From an uncultured Acidobacteriota bacterium (GTDB taxonomy: Bacteria; Acidobacteriota; Vicinamibacteria; Vicinamibacterales; 2-12-FULL-66-21): 64,000 nt of DNA. The translations under genes were made by a program, and so were the position numbers. Below are positions 51,214-61,363 of the stretch, piece after piece. The stretch spans positions 184,118-248,117 of the forward strand of contig CAWAZT010000023.1 of assembly GCA_963786615.1 (NCBI GenBank), in the 5' to 3' direction. How positions within the stretch are numbered: the stretch's first letter is position 1; the number at the start of each line of letters is the position of its first letter. The notes beneath the pieces were generated by a model. The model did no database searches and was not told where the DNA came from. It worked only from the letters and a program-made list of their open reading frames with translations.

Positions 51214-51714
51214 ATGTCGAAGATCGAAGCGCTGCTGCAGGAGCTCGAGCAGGAAGCACAGACGACCAGGCGCGTGCTCGAGCGCGTGCCCGAGGATCGT
51301 CTCGGCTGGAAGCCACACGACAAGTCGATGTCGCTCGGTCAGCTGGCATTGCACGTTGCGGTCGTTCCTGGCGCAATTGCCGAAGTGGCGGGACAGTCAC
51401 CCTTCCAGCTGCCGGGCTTCAATCAGCCCAGCCCGAAGAACGCGGCCGAGATCATGCCGGCCTTCGAGCAGAGCATCGCGAAAGCCCGCAGCGTCCTGCA
51501 GCAGATGGACGACGCCGAATTGGGCAAGACCTGGAAGGCGCTCAACGGTGACCAGGAGGTGATGGCGATTCCGGTCGGGGCGCTGCTCCGCTCGATCATG
51601 CTGAACCACTGGTATCACCATCGCGGTCAGCTCTCCGTGTATTTGCGGCAGGTCGGCGCGCAGGTACCCTCGATCTACGGTCCGAGCGCAGATGAAAATC
51701 CATTCATGGCGTAG
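51214..51714 (+). CDS. DinB family protein
   Basis: ...MLNHWYHHRGQLSVYLRQVGAQVPSIYGPSADENPF. Paralogue of the CDS at 4881-5393. Confidence 0.85.
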   Translation: MSKIEALLQELEQEAQTTRRVLERVPEDRLGWKPHDKSMSLGQLALHVAVVPGAIAEVAGQSPFQLPGFNQPSPKNAAEIMPAFEQSIAKARSVLQQMDDAELGKTWKALNGDQEVMAIPVGALLRSIMLNHWYHHRGQLSVYLRQVGAQVPSIYGPSADENPFMA

Positions 51715-51914
51715 CACCGTCGGTTGCGTCAGAGCCGGAACCGCGCTACATTCTGACGCGGCGCTGATCCACGCCCAACCTCGATGGCCTTCCTCCGGCG
51801 GAGGCCCTCGCCGAGGCAAAGGGGGGCAGACTCCCGGATCGGTATAACGAACCTTCGTCGTCGCGGACGATGCTGCCGGAGAGTATCGCTCGCGATCGAC
51901 CGAAGGAGATCGTT

Positions 51915-52565
51915 GTGCCGATACAGAAGGATCTGAAGAAGCTCGTTCGCGCCCGCATGAAGAAGACCGGCGAGGCCTACACGGCCGCGCGGCTTCAACT
52001 CCTGAACAAGACCCAGCTACGACCCGACTACGCCGCGCTCGCCGGTATGAGCGACGCGACGATCAGCAAGCGGACCGGCCGCACGTGGGCCGAATGGGTT
52101 CGCGTGCTCGACGCGGAGCGTGCGGCCGAAAAGCCGCATCGCGAGATCGCCGCCTACGTCTCGTCGCTGGGGACGCCCGATTGGTGGACCCAGACGGTCA
52201 CCGTCGGCTACGAGCGCATTCGCGGCCTGCGCGATCGCGGACAGCGGCGAGGCGGTGGATACGAGGCGACCAAGAGCCGCACCTTTGCGGTTCCCGTTGA
52301 AACCCTCTTCGACGCCCTTCACAATGCCCGGACCCGCCGGCGCTGGCTGCCCGTGAAAATCTCCGTCCGCTCGGCCACGCCGCCCAAGCGCATGCGGATC
52401 GAGTGGGACGACAAGACGCAGGTGCAGGTCGGCTTCCTGCCGAAGGGACCGGCGAAGAGCGCGATCGCGGTGCAGCACGAGAAGCTTCCAGACAAATCGA
52501 GCATCGCCGTGATGAAGACGAAATGGACCGAGTACTTCGATCGGCTCGGGAACATCCTCTCGTGA
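51915..52565 (+). CDS. hypothetical two-domain protein (helical N-domain + SRPBCC-like C-domain)
   Basis: GGAG lies 7 nt before GTG. (V)PIQKDLKKLVRARMKKTGEAYTAARLQL...WWTQTVTVGYERIRGL..., then ..FAVPVETLFDALHNARTRRRWLP.... Confidence 0.55.
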   Translation: MPIQKDLKKLVRARMKKTGEAYTAARLQLLNKTQLRPDYAALAGMSDATISKRTGRTWAEWVRVLDAERAAEKPHREIAAYVSSLGTPDWWTQTVTVGYERIRGLRDRGQRRGGGYEATKSRTFAVPVETLFDALHNARTRRRWLPVKISVRSATPPKRMRIEWDDKTQVQVGFLPKGPAKSAIAVQHEKLPDKSSIAVMKTKWTEYFDRLGNILS

Positions 52566-52636
52566 AGTCGTGCAGGGCGCAGGCCGCGAGCCTGCGCCCT
52601 CTCGTCGGGGTCCGCGATGAACGAGGACGTGACGTC

Positions 52637-54152
52637 ATGCGAATGAGCTGGATTGCCGTATCACTGCTGTGCCTTGCCTCTGGTGGACATGCGTCCAAGG
52701 ACGCGCCCTTCGCGTTCCCGCGGAGCACGCCGGAAGCGCAGGGCATCTCGTCGGCCGCTCTGCTGCAATTCGTGGACGAGGCAGAGCAGAAGGTTGACGC
52801 GCTGCACAGCGTGATGGTCGTGCGGCACGGACAGGTCGTCGCCGAGGGCTGGTGGAAGCCGTATGCCGCCGACGAGCCGCACATGCTCTTCTCGCTCAGC
52901 AAGAGCTTCACGTCCACGGCCGTCGGCCTCGCGATCGCGGAAGGCAAACTGAGCCTGGACGATCCCGTCCTGCGATTCTTCCCCGACGAGGCGCCCGACG
53001 CACCGAGCAGCTCGTTGAAGGCGATGCGCGTTCGGGACCTGCTGACGATGTCGACCGGCCATCACGAGGAGGACATCCGGGACTTCCCGTTTGCCTCGAG
53101 CGACAGCCTCGTGAAGCGATTCCTGGGTCTGACCGTTTCGCACAAGCCCGGAACGTTTTTCGTCTACAACACGCCGGCGAGCTACATGCTCTCGGCAATC
53201 GTGCAGAAGGTCACCGGCCAGACGGTGCTCGACTATCTGAGGCCGAGGATTTTCGAGCCGCTCGGCATCGCGAACCCCACGTGGGACGCGAGCAAGCAGG
53301 GGATCTCGATGGGAGGCTTCGGGCTCAGCGTGCGCACGGAGGACATCGCGCGATTCGGGCAGCTGTATCTGCAGAAGGGTCAATGGCAGGGCCACCAGCT
53401 GGTGCCCGCGTCCTGGGTGGACGCCGCGACCGCGCGGCAGATGTCGAACGGCAGCTCACCGACCAGCGATTGGGAACAGGGGTACGGCTATCAGTTCTGG
53501 CGATGCCGACACGGCTTCTATAGAGGTGACGGGGCCCACGGCCAATTCTGCATCGTCATGCCGCAGTACGACGCGGTGGTCGCAATCACCAGCGGGACCC
53601 GGGACATGGCGTCAGTCATGAACGTCGTCTGGGATCGGCTCGATCCCGGCGCTCGACGCCAAGCCGCTGCCCGCCGACACGGCATCGAACGAGAAATTGA
53701 AAGCAAGGCTGGCAGGTCTGACGTTGCGTCCTGAGACAACAACCGCATTGTCGTCGATCGCGAAGTCGATTGCGGGACGGCGATATACGTTCGGGACCAA
53801 CCGCCGTTCGATCGAAGCCGTGGCTTTCGATTCGATGGATGCGAGCGGCGTGGGCAGTCTGACGCTGAGGATGAATGGACAGGACCAGCACTTGAAGGCG
53901 AAGCCGAATGGCTGGCAGACCGGGACGCTCGAGAGTAAGGACGCGTCGGAGCCGGTGGCGGTGAGCGGCGGGTGGACGGCGGAAGACACGTACACGTTGA
54001 AGGTCGTGCGCTATCGCACGCCGTTCGCGATGACGTATCGGCTGCGCTTCGCAGGCGATCAGGTGACGATCGACAGTGAGGAGAACGTCGGCGGTGCGGA
54101 CACTCGTTTGATGACGGTCGTCGGCACCGTCGAGCACACGGCCTCGCGGTGA
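52637..54152 (+). CDS. serine hydrolase (beta-lactamase / class C-like family), one frameshift near 53645
   Basis: Signal MRMSWIAVSLLCLASGGHA. SxxK motif FSLSKSFTS. YNT... continues after the shift as ..PALDAKPLPADTASNEKLKARLAGL...TVVGTVEHTASR*. Confidence 0.8.
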
Positions 54153-54160
54153 TGGTCTGC

Positions 54161-54914
54161 CTAGCGATTCTCGGCAACGACCGTCCGGTCCTCAGGCGCT
54201 TTCTTCCGGCTGAACTTCGTGCGGACGTCCGGACCGAACTCGGTCCACAGGTTGTTGAGGAAGCGTCCGAGTAAGCCATCTGCAACGCGCATCGCGGTAC
54301 GCGTCCCGGTCGTCTTTCGATCGGGTAACCAGGCGTTCTCGATGACGCTCGCGCCGACGTTGCCCGCCATCCGTCCCCACGCGGGCGCGAGATGACCGTC
54401 GGCGCGCGGCGCCATCACGATCGTCGTCATCGTGTAGCCGAGGCGCGGCCAGAAGCCCTGCCGGTGCGATCGAATCGAGCGCGGATCTTCGTTCCACAGC
54501 GCTCCGAGCCCACCTTCGATGCTCTTGGAGATCGCCACGTGCGCCTCGAACGTCGCGAAGCGCTTCGCGAACCCTGACGAACCCGTCCATTCCTCCGGCG
54601 AATTGATGGCCGTACGGAACGTGGCGGACGCGACAGCCATGCCCAATGTCTTCGGCCCGACCATGCCGTCGACCATCCAGTCACGTCGCTCGGCCGGCGT
54701 GATCGGCCTGATCGACAGATCCTGTGAGTCGTCGTCCTTTTTCTTGTCGACCTGGGGAGTCAGGTCTCGGATTGACCACTTCGGGGTCAGGTCTCGCGGC
54801 GCCCTGTGCCTCGGCGATCGTCGGCGACAGGGCGACGCCTGCGAACAGGCTGCAGATGAGGACTGCCTGCCGTATGTGTCGTGCTGCCGTGGTGGCTCTT
54901 ACCGCGCCGGTCAT
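54161..54914 (-). CDS. hypothetical secreted protein, one frameshift (about 54680-54760)
   Basis: The signal MTGAVRATTAARHIRQAVLICSLFAGVALSPTIAEAQ is in one frame and ..QVDKKKDDDSQDLSIRPITPAERRDWMVDGMVGPKTLG... in the next. The junction lies in RPDP/RPDS-coding repeats. Confidence 0.45.
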
Positions 54915-55118
54915 GCGTCGGGCTTGAAGGCAAGGAGACGGCCAATCATGCGGTAACCGTAAGCGACAGAAAAAACGGCGCTTGCGCGGCAGTCCTGACG
55001 AGCTGGCTTCTCACCACCACGGTAGTCAGTTTCCACACGATGTCACGCCAGGGTCACATCGGCTCGGCCTTTCCTGACCCTGCCAGCGATCACACAACTG
55101 GCAGTTCGGCGATCGAAG

Positions 55119-56331
55119 ATGTGGCGCCCGCGACGGCGGGGTCGTGGCCAGCCACACATTTTTCCGTTCGACACGGTGGGTACATCCTTTGCCGCACGCA
55201 ACCTCGTCGTGCCTCTGGATCGCTCCAGCCGCGCCGTGCTCGTCGTCGCCTTTCTGGCGGCGTCCTCGGGGCTGGCGATCGCCGTCGGACTCGGACGCGC
55301 GGCGCGGCGCGACGTGATCGCTCCGGAAGGGTGGACGGCGCTCGAGCAGGGCCAGCCCGAGCGCGCCGCGCAGATCTTCGGCGAGGCGCTGAAGACGCGT
55401 CCTCGGGACCCGATGCTCCATTTCGGGTCGGGGTCCGCCGCATTTGCCCTCGGTCGATCGGAGACGGCGCTGTCGTCGCTGAAACGCGCGGTCGATCTCG
55501 ACCCGACGTTCGCCGACGCCTTCGTCCTGCTCGGAGAGGTCGCGCACGAACGCGGACAGACCGACCTCGCGATCAAATCGATGCGTGAGGCCTCAGCGCT
55601 GCGGCCACGCGACGGGCGCGTCACGGAGCTGCTCGCGCAGTGGCAGCACGAGTCGTCGACGCAGAGCAACTATCTGGAGAAGCCTGTCGAGCACTTTCGC
55701 ATCCTGTATGAAGGAGGCACTCAGCAGAACCATCGGCGACCGCGTGGCGCGCGTGCTGGAGCGCGAGTACTGGAGGATCGGGAAGGCATTGAGCAGCTAT
55801 CCGGCGGCGCCGCTGACGGTCACGCTCTACACGAATCAGGCCTTCCACGATGTCACGCGATCGCCGTCATGGTCGGCTGGCAACTACGACGGTCAGATTC
55901 GCCTGGCCGTTGGCGGCGCCCTCTCGTCCGGGGACGATCTCGACCGCGTCGCGACCCACGAGCTCGTGCATGCCGTAATCGCCACCGCAGCGCCGCGCCA
56001 CGTGCCGGCCTGGCTGAACGAAGGGTTCGCCGCCTATCTCGAAGCCAGCGATCACGCGTGGACGTCAGACGCGCTGCGGCATGGCGACGAGGTGATTCCG
56101 CTCGAGAATCTGGTCCGAGGATTCGGAGGCCTCGACGAACGCGCGGCGCTCGTCGCCTACGCCGAGAGCGCTACCGCCGCGGAGATCCTCTGCGGGCAAT
56201 TGGGATCCAACGTTGGCGGTTTCCTCCAGGCCATCGGTGAGGGACACTCCGTTGACCAGGCGCTGATGGATTTTCAGATCCAGCCAAACGCGTTCCACTC
56301 GGAGTGGCGGCGGCGCGTCGGCCTGCAGTAG
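55119..56331 (+). CDS. TPR-repeat protein with C-terminal HExxH metallopeptidase-like domain (peptidase MA-like), one frameshift near 55725
   Basis: TM/signal AVLVVAFLAASSGLAIA. TPR (..AAQIFGEALKTRPRDPMLHFGSGSAAFALGRSETALSSLKRAVDLDPTFADAF..). After the shift ..RIGKALSSYPAAPLTVTLYT...ATHELVHAV...WLNEGFAAYLE. Confidence 0.65.
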
Positions 56332-56414
56332 GCGACAACTGAGGTCGCTGACACGTCGAGCCGCGGATCACGTCGGAGACGCCAGTGGTCCATGTTGTTC
56401 GTCAGGAGCTGCAG

Positions 56415-57494
56415 TCAGCGGACGACGAACCGCTCCTCGTGCAGGAGCACGCCGTCCTTCGTTCTGAGCTCCACCTTCCAGTCGCCGGCGCTCTTACGGT
56501 CGACGGTGTGCCGGCTGAACGTGCGATAGCCGTCCTTCGTATTCGCCTGAACCGAGAGCTCCACCGACTGCCGCAACCGGTCGCCTCGATACCAGCGATG
56601 CAGGACCGTCATGGTGGTCGGAGACTTGATCCGCGTGTAAAAGAAGAGCGCGCCAGGACCGGCCGGATTTCCCGCCGTGACACATCGCCACTCGCCGGAG
56701 GTCGACAGAGCCTTGCAGAGTTCCGCGGTTGCTACCATCGGCACCGGCCCGAGCCTCGCGCGGTCTTTCGCTCCGGCGTGATGGGTGGAGGTGTCTTTGG
56801 CACAACGGCCGCCGGCCGATCGCTCGTGGAGCCTGTTGTCCTGGGGGAGCACTCGCGACGGGACTGGAGGATGGCGGCCGCGCGGTGGCCGACGGCGCGC
56901 TCTGTGTCGCCGTTGGTGACGGAGACGACGATCCCGTGCGACGCGGCGAACGGAGCCATGCGACAGCGGCGATCAGGAACACGAGGAGAACGGCTCCGAT
57001 GATGGCGATCGTGCGTGACGGCAACGCTCGTTCGGATGGCGCCGATGGCACATGTGGTCCGGATAGTGCGGGCGGCACCCGTGGCTCGGATGCGCTTCTG
57101 CGGCAGGACGTCCGTGATGAGCGGGGCCAGCGGTGGCTGCGTCGGATTGTGGCGGCGCCGTCGGAAGGTCCACAGGCTTGCCGCGCGCGGTACAGAAATC
57201 CTCGAGGTTCTTCCGGCTCGTGGCGACGAAAGGATGATCGGGCGGCAGGGCGGCCGCGGCAATCGAGCTCGAGCGCCGGAGGAATTGCTCGGCGTCGGCG
57301 TCCTTCCCGGTGATCTCGCACACGACCCCGAGGTTATTGAGCGTGTTGGCGAGATCCGGATGGAGCGCTCCGACGCTCGCCTCCTGCAGCGACGCCACCT
57401 CGCGAAGCAGCCGTTCGGCGGACGCGTAGTCGCCGGCCGCGGCGGCCTGTTCCGCCGCCTCGACGACGGACTGAAGTTCCTGCGCGTCCGGCAT
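56415..57494 (-). CDS. TPR - TM helix - DUF2914 domain protein, 2-3 frameshifts
   Basis: MPDAQELQSVVEAAEQAAAAGDYASAERLLREVASLQE...LANTLNNLGVVCE (TPR_12-like) / TIAIIGAVLLVFLIAAVAWL / ..GALFFYTRIKSPTTMTVLHRWYRGDRLRQSVELSV...GDWKVELRTKDGVLLHEERFVV (DUF2914 pattern). Confidence 0.65.
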
Positions 57495-57650
57495 GGATCT
57501 CCCCTGCAAGGTCAGCCCCGCGGCCGCGGACACATTGTAGAACGCGAGCGAGTCCTGACACTGTAGCCTCGGTAACCGAGGGTTGCCAGGATCGGCGATG
57601 AGCAAACGGCCGCGATCTCGCGAGCTGGAACGGTTAAACCAACCTAGATG

Positions 57651-57708
57651 TCCGCGTGATCCGCGTCTTCCGCGTGCTCCGCGGCATGCGTCCCGCGGCC
57701 CGCGGCCC
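57651..57708. repeat. four tandem 9-mers TCCGCGTGA/TCCGCGTCT/TCCGCGTGC/TCCGCGGCA plus a GCGGCCC tail (dispersed 9-mer repeat family, locus C)
   Basis: Read directly. Lies in the divergent intergenic region 40-100 nt upstream of the VWA gene start. Confidence 0.7.
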
Positions 57709-57747
57709 GTGATATCAATGGGGGTGCCTGCCGATGAAGGGAACGGC

Positions 57748-58695
57748 ATGACACGACTCCTTGCGGGTGGAACACTGGTCGTCTGTCTCGTGGGCGCGAC
57801 GGGTACGGCGGGCCAGCAGCCCCCGACCTTTCGCGGCGGCAGCGACGTCGTCCGCGTCTTCGCGACCGTCACGGACAAGGATGGCCGCCTCGTGACGACG
57901 CTCGTGCGCGAGAATTTCGAGGTGCGAGACGACGGTCATCCACAGCCGCTCACGCAGTTCGAGAACAAGCCGCAGCCCGTCCGCCTCATCGTGATGCTTG
58001 ACGTCTCCGGCAGCATGGAGGGCAATCTGCCCCTGCTGCGCGCAGCCGCGGCGCAGCTCTTCGCGCGGCTCGCCAAGGACGATCTCGCTCGCGTCGGATC
58101 GTTCGGATACGAGGTCGAGATCAGCCCATCGTTCACGCACGATCCCGAAGAGCTCGCGGCGGCGGTGCCGAGGGAGATCGCGCCGGACGCACCGACGCCC
58201 TTGTGGCGCGCGATCGATCAGGCGTTGGGATCCTTCGGCGAGGAGGACGACCGGCGCAAGGTGATTCTCGTGCTCAGCGACGGCAAAGACAGCGGGCCGA
58301 TGAACTTCCGTCAGCGTCCCGTGGGCCAGGCAGACGTCATCGATCGAGCCAGGCGCGAGGACACGATGATCTACGCGATCGGCTTACACAGCCGGAGCTC
58401 CCACACGATGCCGCCAGGGATCGGGCCGGGCGGTTTGCGGGCCGCTCTGCTGGCCGATCTGCCGGATCCGGGTCTGGCTCGCGTGGCGGAAGAGACTGGC
58501 GGCGGGTACACCGAAATTCGATTTGGTCAGGATCTGGGTGCTGCGTTTGCGCGCGTTGCAGACGAGCTCCACACGCAGTACCTGCTCGGGTTCGCACCAC
58601 CCAAACGCGACGGCAAAGTGCACGACATCAGCGTCAAGGTCAATCAGGGCGGCGTGAAGCCGCGGGCGCGCAAGAGCTACGTCGCGGCGAAATAA
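57748..58695 (+). CDS. VWA domain protein (VWFA-related acidobacterial type)
   Basis: Signal MTRLLAGGTLVVCLVGATGTAGQQ, FRGGSDVVRVFATVTDKDGRLV, MIDAS LDVSGSM, ..LSDGKDS.., C-terminal ..TQYLLGFAPPKRDGKVHDISVKV. Confidence 0.85.
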   Translation: MTRLLAGGTLVVCLVGATGTAGQQPPTFRGGSDVVRVFATVTDKDGRLVTTLVRENFEVRDDGHPQPLTQFENKPQPVRLIVMLDVSGSMEGNLPLLRAAAAQLFARLAKDDLARVGSFGYEVEISPSFTHDPEELAAAVPREIAPDAPTPLWRAIDQALGSFGEEDDRRKVILVLSDGKDSGPMNFRQRPVGQADVIDRARREDTMIYAIGLHSRSSHTMPPGIGPGGLRAALLADLPDPGLARVAEETGGGYTEIRFGQDLGAAFARVADELHTQYLLGFAPPKRDGKVHDISVKVNQGGVKPRARKSYVAAK

Positions 58696-58697
58696 TC

Positions 58698-59325
58698 CTA
58701 CTCGGTCCGCAGCGCCACGACGGGATCGATGCGACCGCGCGCCGCGCCGGCAGCCATGCGGAAAGCCTGAAGCCAGCGCGCAAAGCAGCGTGGGGCAACC
58801 GCGACGATGGTGTCGGTGTCGAGACCGAGCTGGATCGGCTGTCCCAGCACGTCTGGGAGTCGCCGAATTCGCGCTGCCACAGCGCATGGCTGATGACGGC
58901 GACGTCTTCCCGTGACGCGTTCGCCGCATCCGGGACGATCCGATGGCTGGTTGAACACCAGGACCGCGAAATAGCCGGGACTCTGGTCCACGACCTCCAG
59001 CCGACGCGCGCGCTCACCGCGTCCAAGCGTCAACGACTCACTGAAGTACACGCTCGCGCCAAGGGTGTCGTGCATGGCGGAGAGGGCCTCGAAGGTCGGA
59101 TAGTCGGTGAGATCTCCGACGTACCCGTTCCCGCTTCCAAATAACCCGCGCCACGCGGTCAGGGTCCGTGACCTGCGCCGGCGCGCGCAGCAGCAGTCGG
59201 TCGAGGACGTCCACCATGACGACGGCGGAGCCGATGCCGAGGGCCAGCGTCAGCATGGCGCCCAGCGACAGGAGCGGCGTGGCCGCGAGACGACGAGAGG
59301 CGTGCCGAACGTCCACTGGGATCAT
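58698..59325 (-). pseudogene. ADOP/MacB-type permease remnant: N-terminal about 190 aa fused to the last about 20 aa, plus frameshifts
   Basis: MIPVDVRHASRRLAATPLLSLGAMLTLALGIGSAVVMVDVLDRLLL... / ..EDVAVISHALWQREFG.. / ..VLGQPIQLGLDTDTIVAVAPRCF.., joined directly to ..AARGRIDPVVALRTE*. About 550 aa of a full-length paralogue (compare 47528-49930) are absent. Confidence 0.65.
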
Positions 59326-59480
59326 CGCTGCGCCCTCCTTCGTACGTGGCTGGCGGGAAGCGTAATTCACCGGTGACTGCGTGCGCAATTCGCCGCTCTT
59401 TTGGCGCGTCGGCTGGTCGTTCCACTGACTGCGATGGCAGGGTGTTCGAGGCTCGCGTCCTCCAGGCGCGTGGACGTCGA

Positions 59481-61214
<1,734 letters not shown>

Positions 61215-61304
61215 ACGTCAGCCGCATAAGGGGTTCCAGCTCGACAGTGGCGTGCACATTCCGCTTGACAGCCTAGTGTGTTTGCATTAGCGTGCCATTC
61301 CACG

Positions 61305-61326
61305 GCACCGTGAACGTTCACGGTGC
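61305..61326 (+). promoter_or_regulatory. 22-bp perfect palindrome GCACCGTGAAC|GTTCACGGTGC between a TTGACA box (61265-61270) and the TonB-receptor start
   Basis: Read directly. Located 38-59 nt upstream of ATG 61364. GGGAGG SD at 61352-61357. Confidence 0.5.
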
Positions 61327-61363
61327 TGAGCTGGATCCGTTCAGGCGCAACGGGAGGTTGTCC

